This document shows, piece after piece, positions 20,531 to 31,118 of a stretch of 64,000 nucleotides of DNA. Under the pieces are notes generated by a model. The model was not told the origin of the DNA and ran no database searches. It saw nothing but the letters and a program-made list of their open reading frames with translations. The position numbers were made by a program, and so were the translations under genes. This DNA comes from a virus. The DNA is taken from positions 1-64,000 of the IMG/VR virus record IMGVR_UViG_3300020048_000026. The stretch is one strand, 5' to 3'. Numbering within the stretch: the first letter of the stretch is position 1; every line of letters begins with the position of its first letter.

Positions 20531-20560
20531 AAAAAAGCCAGATTTTTATCTGGCTTTTTT
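20531..20560 (+). terminator. Intrinsic terminator
   Basis: aaaaaagccagat tttt atctggctttttt. Confidence 0.85.
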
Positions 20561-20638
20561 ATTTTCCCTGTGACAATTTCAAAAATAGAAAAAAGCCATA
20601 TTTTTTAACTTATATATAAAAACAAAAACTTAAAAAGT

Positions 20639-23011
20639 ATGAAACCAGTCCTTATTGTAGAACATTGCATGGACGGTCTGAAACCAATAAGCGAATCACA
20701 AAATACTAATAAAAAAGGTGATTATATCTTGGGCGGGACATTCACAGAATTTAATATCAAGAATAGAAATGATAGAATTTATACTGCTGAAAAATTTATC
20801 CCACACTTAAACGAATTATTATCTCGTAAAAGCCAACTAGGAGTTGTTTATGGTGAATTTGATCATCCAGATGTTTTTGACACATCATTATCAAGGGTTT
20901 CGCACACAATTGAAAAAGCCTTTTTCGTTAAAGAAAGTAACGTTGTAAAAGGTGAAATTAGATTGCTCAATACTCATTGGGGTAAAGAGGCGAAAGCGTT
21001 AGTTGATGATGGTTGTCCTATTTTTGTGTCATCCAGAGCTGCAGGTATTACAGAATCTGATGGTACTGTAACTGTAAAAAAGTTATTTACTTATGATGCC
21101 GTTGCTGATCCTGGCTTTAGTTCAGCAAGAATGGAAGTTAAATCTTTAAATGAAAGTTTAGGATTTAATGAAAGCGCCAACTTTAGGATATATGACGTAT
21201 CCGATGAGTCAAAAATTAATGAATTATTTAAAATGAACGAAGATTTTGTAACCAAAAAACAAATGCTTGAGTATTCAAATTATTTAACAGAGGAAATTGA
21301 AAAATTTAAAACCACCATTAGTGATACTATCAAAGGTAAAGGTGATTTTGACCCCGCTAAATTAGAAGGTATGCTTGGCTATTATGAAAAATTACAAGAG
21401 CAACAAACAAAAATGACTAAGTATTTAGATTACTTGGCTGAAAAATTGCAAATTGTTGTGAACGAAAATGTTGAGTTGAAAAAAACTACAACTGACTTGA
21501 TTAAACACAATGATTATCTTGCTGAAAATTTGGAAAAAATAGGTAACTATTCTGAATACTTAGCAGAAAATCTAGATAAATCTATTGAATATGGTAAATA
21601 TATTGCTGAAACATTAGATAAAAATATTGACTTCTCAGAATATATTGCTGAACATGTTGATAAAAATATTAAATATTCAGAGTATTTAGCAGAAAATCTT
21701 GATAAAACCATTGATTATTCAGAGTATATCGCTGAAAATCTTGATAGTTCAATTGACTATTCAGAATACTTAGCTGAAAACCTTGACAATTCAATTGTTT
21801 ATTCAGAATATTTAGCTGAAAATCTTGACAATTCAATTGTTTATTCAGAATACATTGCTGAAAATTTAGATAATAATATCGCATATTCAGAATACATTGC
21901 TGAACATGTTGATAATAATATTTCTTATTCAGAATATATCGCTGAAAATTTAGACGATGCTATGGCATATACTAATTATATTGCAGAAAGCTTAGATAAT
22001 ACAATTGAAAAATCTAAACTTTTAACTGAAAAATTAAAAACTGGAAAAGTTCTTGAAAATTTTGACTTCATTAATGAAGAAGAAGCTAAAAATATTGATA
22101 TTAATCAATATTATGAAGATGATGCTCCAGAAGGACCAGCAGCACCAGCTGCTCAACCAGCACAGGCTCAACCAGCACAGGCACAGGCTCAACCAGCACA
22201 AGGTGAAACAGTTGATCAAGCACCAGTACAAACAGAAGAACCTGGATTACCAACCGAAGAACCAATAGAACCAACAACCGAAGAACCAGTAGGTGAAGAA
22301 GGTGTTGAAGGTGGCTTACCAACTCCTGGCGAAACAGTAGCAGTAGGTGATAATACAGGTGAAGTTCTTGCTACCAATCCTCAAAGTGGTTTAATTGTAG
22401 TTCAATTAGATACACAAGAAGAACCAGTAGAAGTTCACGAATCAAAAGTTACCAGATTAGGTAGCAGATTGAATAAGATTGAAAAATCGTTGAAAGAAAA
22501 TTTAAATACTTTGATCCTAGAAACCAAAAAAAGAAAGGCTTCAGAAGAAGATCAACCACATTTCTTGAAATTCTTAACAGAGAATAGAAAGAACGCTTAT
22601 TTTGCATTACCAGAAGATGAAAAAACCAAGGTAAAAATCGCATTAAAAGAGAGCGAAGGCAAATATACAAGCGAAGCACAAGTCATTGCATTAGTGAACG
22701 AAGCTTTATCTCCAAAAAGAAAATCATTTAATGATTTATTACTTGATGCTATGCCATCAGAATTAAAACCAATTTGGGAAAAATTAGATTCAAAAGTTCA
22801 AGCTGGACTTTTAACACAATCTAGATTATTCCCCGCTCTTGATACAGTACAAAAGTTTGAGAGTTTTTGGTACAGTAGAGACTTAGAAAGGTATACAAAC
22901 GAAAAACCTTCAAAACAATTGATTACAGAGAATCGTATCGTTGATGGCTCAAAACTTACTGAGTCACAGTTAGATCGTTTCAAATTAGTATTTGATAAAT
23001 TAAATTCTTAA
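20639..23011 (+). CDS. gp21: Prohead protease (gp21-like) fused to scaffold/core protein (gp22-like)
   Basis: KNRNDRIY, GEFDHP, VSH, VSSRAAG, YDAVADPGF in the first ~170 aa, then coiled-coil repeats; directly before MCP. Confidence 0.9.
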   Translation: MKPVLIVEHCMDGLKPISESQNTNKKGDYILGGTFTEFNIKNRNDRIYTAEKFIPHLNELLSRKSQLGVVYGEFDHPDVFDTSLSRVSHTIEKAFFVKESNVVKGEIRLLNTHWGKEAKALVDDGCPIFVSSRAAGITESDGTVTVKKLFTYDAVADPGFSSARMEVKSLNESLGFNESANFRIYDVSDESKINELFKMNEDFVTKKQMLEYSNYLTEEIEKFKTTISDTIKGKGDFDPAKLEGMLGYYEKLQEQQTKMTKYLDYLAEKLQIVVNENVELKKTTTDLIKHNDYLAENLEKIGNYSEYLAENLDKSIEYGKYIAETLDKNIDFSEYIAEHVDKNIKYSEYLAENLDKTIDYSEYIAENLDSSIDYSEYLAENLDNSIVYSEYLAENLDNSIVYSEYIAENLDNNIAYSEYIAEHVDNNISYSEYIAENLDDAMAYTNYIAESLDNTIEKSKLLTEKLKTGKVLENFDFINEEEAKNIDINQYYEDDAPEGPAAPAAQPAQAQPAQAQAQPAQGETVDQAPVQTEEPGLPTEEPIEPTTEEPVGEEGVEGGLPTPGETVAVGDNTGEVLATNPQSGLIVVQLDTQEEPVEVHESKVTRLGSRLNKIEKSLKENLNTLILETKKRKASEEDQPHFLKFLTENRKNAYFALPEDEKTKVKIALKESEGKYTSEAQVIALVNEALSPKRKSFNDLLLDAMPSELKPIWEKLDSKVQAGLLTQSRLFPALDTVQKFESFWYSRDLERYTNEKPSKQLITENRIVDGSKLTESQLDRFKLVFDKLNS
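21506..22000 (+). repeat. About 12 tandem 14-aa (42-nt) coding repeats, consensus SIxYSEYIAENLDN
   Basis: Visible in the translation of 20639..23011. Confidence 0.92.
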
Positions 23012-23039
23012 AAATGGAAAAAAATGACATTTTTTAAAG

Positions 23040-23047
23040 AATATATA
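23040..23047 (+). promoter_or_regulatory. Putative late promoter (AATATATA) of the major capsid gene
   Basis: Recurrent motif, preceded by an A-tract/T-tract as at the scaffold gene. Confidence 0.55.
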
Positions 23048-23095
23048 AGAATACTAAAAATAAAGACTTTGTCTTAAAAAAAATAAATAATAAAA

Positions 23096-24943
23096 ATGAA
23101 TTTACTTATTGACAACCAAAAAGCTATCGCAAAATGGAAACCAGTATTGGAGAGTTTAGGTGTAAACGATCCTTACAGAATGAAATGGATGGCTGAGTAT
23201 GCTGAAATGCATTCATTAAATGAAAATGTTGCTTATAGTACATTAGGTAACTTAAATGGTATGGGCGCTGTTCAAGCTGCACAACCATCATCAACTCCTG
23301 GTTTAGTATGGGGTGATTACGGAATGGGTACCGCAGGTGGTATTGGTTCAGGTGATATAGGACAGAATTTACTTCCAGTATCAATGAAAATCGCTGCTCA
23401 AACTATCGGTCTTGATTTAGTAGCTGTTAAACCAGCATCATCACCTAAAGTTGACTTACTTTTCGTTGACTTCAAATATGATAACTTGGCTGACACAACT
23501 TTAAAAGACGAAAGACCAATTATGTTCTCATTGAACATTGCAGCTGGTTTAACAACTTTGAATACTGCTTTAAAAGCAGCTATGGTTGTAACTGTTGACG
23601 CAAACGGAACTCCTACTTACGAAAAAGTTGGTGGTTTAACACAACAAATGTATGTTCACTTATCAGGTGGTACATTAACTGTTAATAACACAATTGCTTC
23701 CGCTCCAACTCTTGTATCTTCTTTAGCAAATTATTTTGCAAAAGGTGCTACCGCAGCTTTATCATCAGATATTTTAGCTTTTGATCCAGTTCTTATTCAA
23801 TATCCTCAGAATGGTGCAGCACCAAAGAAAGAAGGTTGGATGGAATTCTTAGGATGGAGCCGTATCAATGGTTATCCTATGTTTAGAATCTTCCGTCAGT
23901 TCAACACCGGCGCTAATAACGCAGGTTGGGGATTTGATGATGATAGAAATACTTTCCCAACAGCAGCATATTCAATCAAAGATATGTTAAATGCAGGTGT
24001 AAGTATGGAAATTGCAGACGCAGCAGGCGCACCAACTATTATCGCTTTAACTGGTGTTACTATTGAATTAGTATCATTATTAGAAGATCATATTCCTGGT
24101 TTCTCAGCTGGTTGGTATCTTAACAAACCTATGACCCGTGATGAAGACGAAAGAACTTATCCAAACGTTATTGGACCAGACATCTTCACAAAAACCATTC
24201 AAGTTGGTGACATTGAAATCACTTCATCATTGAAGAGAACCCAAATTGAAGATATCAAAGCCGCAACTGGTATGGATATCGTTCAAAAATTAGAATCAGT
24301 ATTGGTTAACGAACTTACCCAAACTATTTCAAAACAAATTATTGCAAAAGTAACCGAAATGGCTGACAAAAATAGAATTGCTCACACAACTCCTAAAGAT
24401 GCAGCTGGAATTTCTAAATTTGACTTCAACGTTGATACCTACTTAGCAGTTGGTGCAGCTACCCCAGGTGGTGAAACTACTCACTCAATCCAAAGAAAAC
24501 TTATTGCTAAACTCAATAACGCTTCTAACTTTATTGCAACTGAAGGTCGTGTTGGACCAGCTCAATACCTTGTAACCAATGGTAACTTAGCTTCCGTAAT
24601 TCAAGACGTTGCAGGTTATACCATTAACCCTGTTAAGGCTAATGTAAACGCAAATGGTCAACTTTTCCCAATGGGTAATGTTGGTAACATCAGCATCTAT
24701 GTTGACCCTTATCAAAGATGGGATGATAACCGTATCTTCTTAGGTAGAAAGAACTCAGTTGAACAACCAGGTTTGGTATTCGTACCTTATTTAATGGCTC
24801 AATCAATTCAATTAATCTCCGAAGCTACTTGGGCGCCCCGTATGATGATTAGAAGCCGTTATGCTGTTGCTGATATCGGATTCTTTCCACACAAACAATT
24901 CATGACAATCAGAGTAACAGACTCATTAGGTGTTTTAATCTAA
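23096..24943 (+). CDS. gp23: Major capsid protein (T4 gp23-like)
   Basis: KWKPVLE, LNE cleavage site, DLVAVKP, EDIKA..GMD, YVDPY, FVPY, SRYA; strong codon bias. Confidence 0.95.
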   Translation: MNLLIDNQKAIAKWKPVLESLGVNDPYRMKWMAEYAEMHSLNENVAYSTLGNLNGMGAVQAAQPSSTPGLVWGDYGMGTAGGIGSGDIGQNLLPVSMKIAAQTIGLDLVAVKPASSPKVDLLFVDFKYDNLADTTLKDERPIMFSLNIAAGLTTLNTALKAAMVVTVDANGTPTYEKVGGLTQQMYVHLSGGTLTVNNTIASAPTLVSSLANYFAKGATAALSSDILAFDPVLIQYPQNGAAPKKEGWMEFLGWSRINGYPMFRIFRQFNTGANNAGWGFDDDRNTFPTAAYSIKDMLNAGVSMEIADAAGAPTIIALTGVTIELVSLLEDHIPGFSAGWYLNKPMTRDEDERTYPNVIGPDIFTKTIQVGDIEITSSLKRTQIEDIKAATGMDIVQKLESVLVNELTQTISKQIIAKVTEMADKNRIAHTTPKDAAGISKFDFNVDTYLAVGAATPGGETTHSIQRKLIAKLNNASNFIATEGRVGPAQYLVTNGNLASVIQDVAGYTINPVKANVNANGQLFPMGNVGNISIYVDPYQRWDDNRIFLGRKNSVEQPGLVFVPYLMAQSIQLISEATWAPRMMIRSRYAVADIGFFPHKQFMTIRVTDSLGVLI

Positions 24944-24963
24944 CCTACTCCTTTATTGGATTC

Positions 24964-24992
24964 AAAAAAGCCAAACGCAAGTTTGGCTTTTT
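24964..24992 (+). terminator. Intrinsic terminator after MCP
   Basis: aaaaaagccaaac gcaa gtttggctttttt. Confidence 0.9.
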
Positions 24993-25010
24993 TATTTTAA
25001 TATATAAAGT

Positions 25011-25763
25011 ATGTCTAAACGAAATGAAGTACAAGATTTAATTAATAGAGCAAATATAGTTCACAATAATAAATATGATTACTCATTATTGAAAACACAT
25101 AATTCTATGCAAGATTATCAAGATATTATTTGTCCCAAACATGGAATATTTAAAGTTCCTTTACATTGGCATATAAATAAAGGTAGAGGATGTAAACAAT
25201 GTGCTATTGATAATGTTACAGATACAAAAGATAGTTTCATTGAAAAGGCAAATAAAGTACATAATAACAAATATGATTATTCAAGAATTGATTATATAAC
25301 ATCAAGAATTAAAGTTGAAATAATTTGTCCAAAACACGGATCATTTTTTCAACAACCAAATCCACATTTATATAAAAAAGCAGGTTGTCCAGTTTGCAAG
25401 GAATCAAAAGGTGAGAGGTTTATTTCCAAATTATTACAATCATATAATATAGACTTCATTCCCCAGAAATCATTCCCCGATTTAAAACACAGAAAATTAT
25501 TATATTTTGATTTTTATTTAACTGAATTGAATATGTGTATTGAATTTGATGGTGAGCAACATTATAGACATGTATGGGGCACAGAAGAAAACTTTAATGA
25601 TATACAATTGCGTGATAAATTAAAAACCGAATATTGTATTACTAATAATATTCCTTTGCTAAGGTTGACGTATAAAGATACGGACATTGAGATTAAGTCT
25701 AAAATTTTAAATTTCTTACAGATAAAGGAATCTCGTATAATCACTAATTTTCATTTATTTTAA
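25011..25763 (+). CDS. Putative homing-type endonuclease: two HNNKYDYS...CPKHG zinc-ribbon repeats plus PD-(D/E)XK/Vsr-like domain
   Basis: CPKHG twice, GCPVC, SKGE, FDFY, IEFDGEQH, RDKLK..YC. Confidence 0.75.
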   Translation: MSKRNEVQDLINRANIVHNNKYDYSLLKTHNSMQDYQDIICPKHGIFKVPLHWHINKGRGCKQCAIDNVTDTKDSFIEKANKVHNNKYDYSRIDYITSRIKVEIICPKHGSFFQQPNPHLYKKAGCPVCKESKGERFISKLLQSYNIDFIPQKSFPDLKHRKLLYFDFYLTELNMCIEFDGEQHYRHVWGTEENFNDIQLRDKLKTEYCITNNIPLLRLTYKDTDIEIKSKILNFLQIKESRIITNFHLF

Positions 25764-25794
25764 ACCTTTCAAACTCTCCGACGTATAATTACAT

Positions 25795-26610
25795 ATGTTA
25801 AATATAATAATTTTTTCTAAAGACCGCCCAGCGCAACTAGAGCTGCTCCTGAGATCAATGAAATTTTATTTCAAAGAATTCTATGAATATAAAATAAATA
25901 TTTTATATACTTATTCCTCTGATTTTTTTAAAGAAGGTTACGAAAAACTATTTAAAATTCATAATGATAATAATATAAATTATATAAAAGAAACGTTAAA
26001 ATTTAAAGAACACGTTTTATTGTTATTAAATCAAGATAATCCTTATAGTGTATTTTTTGTTGATGATATAATTTTTAAAAGTCCCTTTACATTAAATTGT
26101 AAACAGTTCAAATTATTTACATTAAATGATGAGATTTTAGCCTTATCTTTAAGATTACACCCTTACTTAACTTATTGTTATTCAGCGAGACAAAGAATGT
26201 TTTCTCCTAACTTTGATTCTAATTTTGCATTTAAATGGGTTGGATTACCAGGAGATTATGGATATCCAATGAGTTTAGATGGACATTTTTTTAGAACAAA
26301 AGAAATAACAGCACTTACAAAAGTTTTGAATTTTACTAATCCAAATTCTTATGAAAGTTTGCTTGCTGGTTATCCATTTAACCGATTGAAGTTGATATGT
26401 TTTGAGGATTCTATTATTTTGAATAATCCAGTTAATAAAGTTCAAAATTTTAATAACAATTTTCATGGTAATGTATCCGCAATTTATTTGAATGAGAATT
26501 TTTTGAATGATTATATTATTGATTTAGAAGATTTTAAGGACTTTAAAAATATTTCTTGTCATCAAGAAGTACCAATAAAATTAATTAAAAATATTGAAAA
26601 AGAAGTTTAA
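25795..26610 (+). CDS. Putative glycosyltransferase (GT-A-like)
   Basis: IIFSKDR..QL, FFVDD; first gene of the glyco cluster. Confidence 0.6.
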   Translation: MLNIIIFSKDRPAQLELLLRSMKFYFKEFYEYKINILYTYSSDFFKEGYEKLFKIHNDNNINYIKETLKFKEHVLLLLNQDNPYSVFFVDDIIFKSPFTLNCKQFKLFTLNDEILALSLRLHPYLTYCYSARQRMFSPNFDSNFAFKWVGLPGDYGYPMSLDGHFFRTKEITALTKVLNFTNPNSYESLLAGYPFNRLKLICFEDSIILNNPVNKVQNFNNNFHGNVSAIYLNENFLNDYIIDLEDFKDFKNISCHQEVPIKLIKNIEKEV

Positions 26611-27409
26611 AATTGTAGATCATATGTTTGCTCATGCGACATATAGCACGGATTATCAAGATTCTAAGTACATTGAATGGGACAGAAATCCGATTAATTT
26701 TGGTGAGAAAAATGTTTTTTATACAGATTATAGTTTAGATCAAGTTCGTGAATCTGTTATTAACAATTTTGCTTGGCTATTAGAATCACCAGATATTACA
26801 CCACAGTCTTATAGGTGGATAGAACCAAATCATAATAGATTCCGATTAGTTTTAACGAACAGTAAAGAATTATTAGATAAAGGTGAAAATTATAGATTTT
26901 GTCCTACTGGTGGTTGTTGGATTAAACCAGAAGATCAAAAGATTTATGAAAAAAATAAATTAGTCTCTATAATAGCCTCAGCAAAAAGAATGACACATGG
27001 TCATATGTTAAGGCACCAGAGTATATTTGAGTATAGGAGCAAATTGGATGTTTATGGTAGAGGATATGTGCCTGTGGAGTACAAATTAGATGCATTAAAA
27101 GATTATGCTTTTTCATTAACTATTGAAAATACTAAAAAAGATTTTTATTTTACAGAAAAATTACTTGATTGTTTTATGACTGGTACAGTACCAATATATT
27201 GGGGTTGTCCATCTATTGGAAATTTCTTTAATCTTGATGGTATGATAATTTTTGATGATATTAAAGATTTATCTAAAATTTTGGAGGAGATCACTTTTGA
27301 GCAATATATAAAAATGAAGGATGCGATTGAAGAAAATTTTGAAAAAGCGAAAGAATATTTAATAGCAGAAGATTATATCTATAAAAATTATTTAAAAGTA
27401 TATGAATGA
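26594..27409 (+). CDS. GT10-like (alpha-1,3-fucosyltransferase family) glycosyltransferase
   Basis: YAFSLTIEN...YFTEKLLDCF..GTVPIYWG. Confidence 0.85.
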   Translation: MKKKFKIVDHMFAHATYSTDYQDSKYIEWDRNPINFGEKNVFYTDYSLDQVRESVINNFAWLLESPDITPQSYRWIEPNHNRFRLVLTNSKELLDKGENYRFCPTGGCWIKPEDQKIYEKNKLVSIIASAKRMTHGHMLRHQSIFEYRSKLDVYGRGYVPVEYKLDALKDYAFSLTIENTKKDFYFTEKLLDCFMTGTVPIYWGCPSIGNFFNLDGMIIFDDIKDLSKILEEITFEQYIKMKDAIEENFEKAKEYLIAEDYIYKNYLKVYE

Positions 27410-28169
27410 TTATTTATTAAATGTTAATACTACTATTAACAAAGACCCAAGATGGAAATTATTGGAGGACCTTTATGTTAAAAATTATTTTGATAAAAAA
27501 AATCAAAAGAATATAGATAAAATACCTAAAATTATACATCAAATTTGGTTAGGTGGAGAAATTCCTGAAAGATATGTTAAATATCGTGAGAAGATGATTC
27601 AAATAAATCCGAATTGGGAATGCAAATTATGGACAGATAAAGATGTTGAATCATTTGGATTAAAGAATAAAATATTATATAATAATATTAAAAATCTTGG
27701 TGCGAGAAGTGATATTTTTAGATATGAAATTTTAGAAAGATTTGGTGGATTATATGTTGATGTTGATTTTGATTTTATTAAACCATTTGATGATTTATGT
27801 CATTTAGACTTTTTTGCAGGAAATGGACATTCAAATCAGCCTGAAGTATTTAATAGCATTATAGCATCATCACCTAATTATAAGATGATATCCCTTATCG
27901 TTTCTGAATTACAGAAAAAGCAAACTTTTAATGATAATATAGATGGAGTTATGAATAATACTGGTCCTTATTTTATAGCAAAAATGATTTTTGATAATGT
28001 GAACGTTGATGATAATGTTGTTATATTTCCTACAAAATTTCTTTTTCCATTTCCAGCAGTTTATAGGCATAATGTTGATGATGGGGAAGAATCAAAAAGA
28101 TTCATATATAGTTTTTTGAATGATAACTCTTATTGTATTCATTTGTGGCATACGAATTGGCAAAAATAA
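27402..28169 (+). CDS. GT32 (DxD, OCH1-like) glycosyltransferase
   Basis: IPKIIHQIW, SDIFRYEIL..FGGLYVDVD, TGP. Confidence 0.9.
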   Translation: MNDYLLNVNTTINKDPRWKLLEDLYVKNYFDKKNQKNIDKIPKIIHQIWLGGEIPERYVKYREKMIQINPNWECKLWTDKDVESFGLKNKILYNNIKNLGARSDIFRYEILERFGGLYVDVDFDFIKPFDDLCHLDFFAGNGHSNQPEVFNSIIASSPNYKMISLIVSELQKKQTFNDNIDGVMNNTGPYFIAKMIFDNVNVDDNVVIFPTKFLFPFPAVYRHNVDDGEESKRFIYSFLNDNSYCIHLWHTNWQK

Positions 28170-28179
28170 AAAATATAAA

Positions 28180-28917
28180 ATGATAAATAGAATTAGATTA
28201 GATCATACAGTAAATGATAGAGGATTTTTTTCAGTTATTTTACAAATGTTGAGTATTTATATGCGGCATCCTAATATACCTTTTTATATAGATTTATCAA
28301 ATTGGAGTATATTTCAAGATAAGGTGAATGATAATGTTTGGGAATATTATTTTGATCAATTTTATGATAAGTTTGAAACAAATTATAAAATTGTCAATAC
28401 AAATACAATTGCAAATTATTCAGAGAGATTTCTTTATATTCCTCAATTTAATAATGCAACAAAAAATTTAAAATTAAAAAGTGGTATAATTGATATAGTG
28501 AATAAATATAATATATTTAATGATAAAAAAGTATTGGGTGTACATAGAAGAGTAACAGATAAGTTAAATTATCCTGGTCATGGAAGACCTATTGATTTAG
28601 ATATTATATTAAAAAATATAGATGAAATTAAGGATGAGTATGATTTAATTTATTTTTGTAGTGATGATCAAAAAAGTATGGATATTTTTGAAAAAAAATA
28701 TAAAGATAAATTTTATTGTTATTCTGATTCATTTAGAAGTACTGACGATAAGCCAATACACACTACTCCTAATACAATTAAAAATTCTAAAAAGGGTGAG
28801 GATGTGTTGGTTGAAAGTATATTGCTTTCAAAATGTGATTATTTTTTAGCAGTAGATTCTAATGTAGATGTATTTGCTATTTATATGACGGATTCAAAAT
28901 ATAAATATTTAGGATAA
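28180..28917 (+). CDS. NodZ/GT23-like fucosyltransferase
   Basis: GFFS, GVHRRVTDK, CSDD, LLSKCD...SNV; ATG 28180 preferred to the track start. Confidence 0.7.
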   Translation: MINRIRLDHTVNDRGFFSVILQMLSIYMRHPNIPFYIDLSNWSIFQDKVNDNVWEYYFDQFYDKFETNYKIVNTNTIANYSERFLYIPQFNNATKNLKLKSGIIDIVNKYNIFNDKKVLGVHRRVTDKLNYPGHGRPIDLDIILKNIDEIKDEYDLIYFCSDDQKSMDIFEKKYKDKFYCYSDSFRSTDDKPIHTTPNTIKNSKKGEDVLVESILLSKCDYFLAVDSNVDVFAIYMTDSKYKYLG

Positions 28918-29708
28918 TGAGATATATTCAAGGTGATGATTTTATAAGAATGGCTAATTGTCATTATTGCTCAGGTGAAGATGTATATTTACATTTTAAT
29001 AGATCAATAACAGATAATTTAATCTATACACACAATCATTTTATAAAAGATTTGTTAATAGATGTTAAAAAGTATAATGAAGAAGTTGTTATAGTTTCTC
29101 AGAACACTGATACAGCAATAGAAAAAATGGATATTCCAGATAATGTTATAAAAATATTTGCACAAAATATAAATTTTGTTCATACTAAAATAGAATCTAT
29201 ACCTATTGGTTTGGAAAATGATAGATGGTTTCCACATATGAATAAAAAAAACAAGATTATAAATAAATTAAATGAATCCAAACATATTAGAAATTTAGTA
29301 TATATGAATCATAATGTTAATACAAATTTACAAATAAGAATGGCACCATTCAATATATTACATAATAAGAATTTTGTTACAACACAAATGTTATCTAATG
29401 GACAAAATTTTGATAATTATATTGATAATGTTTATAATCATAAATTTATAATTTGTCCTGAGGGACACGGAATTGACACACATAGAAAATGGGAAGCATT
29501 ATATTTAAATTCTATACCAATAGAGATTAAAAGTATAAATAATTCTTTTTATGAAGACTTGCCAATATTATTAATAGATAGTTGGGATCAATTAAATGAA
29601 GAATTTTTAAATGCTGAATATGAAAGAATTATAAATATAAATTGGAATCTTGATAAATTGGATTTTAATTATTGGTCAGATAGAATAAAAAAATATTTAA
29701 AAAAATAA
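28917..29708 (+). CDS. Exostosin/GT47-like glycosyltransferase
   Basis: FIICPEGHGIDTHRKWEALYL.SIPI. Confidence 0.7.
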   Translation: MRYIQGDDFIRMANCHYCSGEDVYLHFNRSITDNLIYTHNHFIKDLLIDVKKYNEEVVIVSQNTDTAIEKMDIPDNVIKIFAQNINFVHTKIESIPIGLENDRWFPHMNKKNKIINKLNESKHIRNLVYMNHNVNTNLQIRMAPFNILHNKNFVTTQMLSNGQNFDNYIDNVYNHKFIICPEGHGIDTHRKWEALYLNSIPIEIKSINNSFYEDLPILLIDSWDQLNEEFLNAEYERIININWNLDKLDFNYWSDRIKKYLKK

Positions 29709-29717
29709 TAATATAAT

Positions 29718-30281
29718 ATGAACTTACCTTTTGTTGGTGATACTTTTGTGGTATCGGAATTTTTAAAATTAAAAAATCAATTTAACATTGAAACTGTAGT
29801 AGAAACTGGAACAAATAAAGGTGATACTACCTATTGGTTAGCTGAGAATTTCAATAATGTATATACTATAGAAATAACTGAATCTTCTTTAAATGAAGCT
29901 AAAAATAATTGTAATATTTTCAAAAATATTACATATTTTTGTGGTTCATCATCTCATTTTATGGATGATATAATATCAAAGGTTCAAAATGAGAAAGTTA
30001 TGTTTTTTTTAGATGCACATGGTGATAATCCTTGTCCAACTATTTCAGAATTAATAAGTATTAAGAAAATGAATATTAAACCTATCATATGTATTCATGA
30101 TTTTTATGTGCCTGGTAGTAACTTTTCTTGGGATTCATATAAAGATTTTGAATATAGGTTAGAAAATATTGAAAGTCTTATATGTGATATATATGGTGAT
30201 GATAATTATACATATTATTATAACTCAGAAGCAAATGGTTGTAATGTTGGTGTAATATATATTCTACCTAAAATAAATTAG
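29718..30281 (+). CDS. Class I SAM-dependent methyltransferase
   Basis: VETGTNKG, TIEI, GSS, FFLDAH, IHDF. Confidence 0.8.
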   Translation: MNLPFVGDTFVVSEFLKLKNQFNIETVVETGTNKGDTTYWLAENFNNVYTIEITESSLNEAKNNCNIFKNITYFCGSSSHFMDDIISKVQNEKVMFFLDAHGDNPCPTISELISIKKMNIKPIICIHDFYVPGSNFSWDSYKDFEYRLENIESLICDIYGDDNYTYYYNSEANGCNVGVIYILPKIN

Positions 30282-30284
30282 AAT

Positions 30285-31103
30285 ATGAAAAAGAATTTTG
30301 GTTTAATTAATATAGCTTCTGGTGGATTTTTTTCTAATTTTTTTGTTTCTCTATCAACCGCAATAGAGGCGGATAAAAATAATTTAATTCCTTATGTAGA
30401 ATTGAACAATACTGTTTTTTCTCAATTTAGTCATGAAGATAATGTAAACACTTGGAATTGGTGGTTTGATCAGGAGGAACCTAGTTCTGAAGATTCTATT
30501 ATAAATGTTTCAAAAAATATTGAAAGTTTTTTAAATTTTCCAGCACCGTTTGGTGATATAACTTGGAATAGAAAAGATATATGTGATAGCAGATTATTTT
30601 TTAATAATCATTTTAAAATAAAAGAACATATATTGAAAATGACTCACCAATATTATGATTCTTTTTTTAAAAATAAAGTTATTTTGGGTGTTATGGCAAG
30701 AGGTACAGAATTTAACAATATTCATCCCCAATATGGCGATCAAAATGTTTATACTTATGTTGATGAAGTAAAAAAAGTTTTATTAGAACATTCAGAAATA
30801 GATAATATTTTTTTAGTTACAGAAGATAGTGATTATATTAAAGTTTTTGATGATATTTTTGATAATTTATTATATATGAATGTTTTTAGAAGAACAACAC
30901 AAACATTAGAGTATTGTAAACGTAATTGGTTATGGCCTTATGAAAATTCTTCAAGAGAAAACCATACAAGAATTTTAGGTGACGAATGTTTATATCAAGC
31001 ATTATTGTTGGGTAAGTGTGATTATTTAGTGTGTAAAAGAAATAGTATGGCTGGTGCCGCAGTTTTTTTTAATGATAATTTAAAAAACGTATATTACGTA
31101 TAA
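30285..31103 (+). CDS. Second NodZ/GT23-like fucosyltransferase
   Basis: GFFSN, GVMARGTE, FLVTED, LLGKCD. Confidence 0.65.
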   Translation: MKKNFGLINIASGGFFSNFFVSLSTAIEADKNNLIPYVELNNTVFSQFSHEDNVNTWNWWFDQEEPSSEDSIINVSKNIESFLNFPAPFGDITWNRKDICDSRLFFNNHFKIKEHILKMTHQYYDSFFKNKVILGVMARGTEFNNIHPQYGDQNVYTYVDEVKKVLLEHSEIDNIFLVTEDSDYIKVFDDIFDNLLYMNVFRRTTQTLEYCKRNWLWPYENSSRENHTRILGDECLYQALLLGKCDYLVCKRNSMAGAAVFFNDNLKNVYYV

Positions 31104-31118
31104 AATAATAAAATAAAA

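Noticed and set aside
21506-22000. CRISPR-like array
   Set aside because: The 42-nt units are in-frame coding repeats with synonymous variation and no unique spacers; no cas genes are present.
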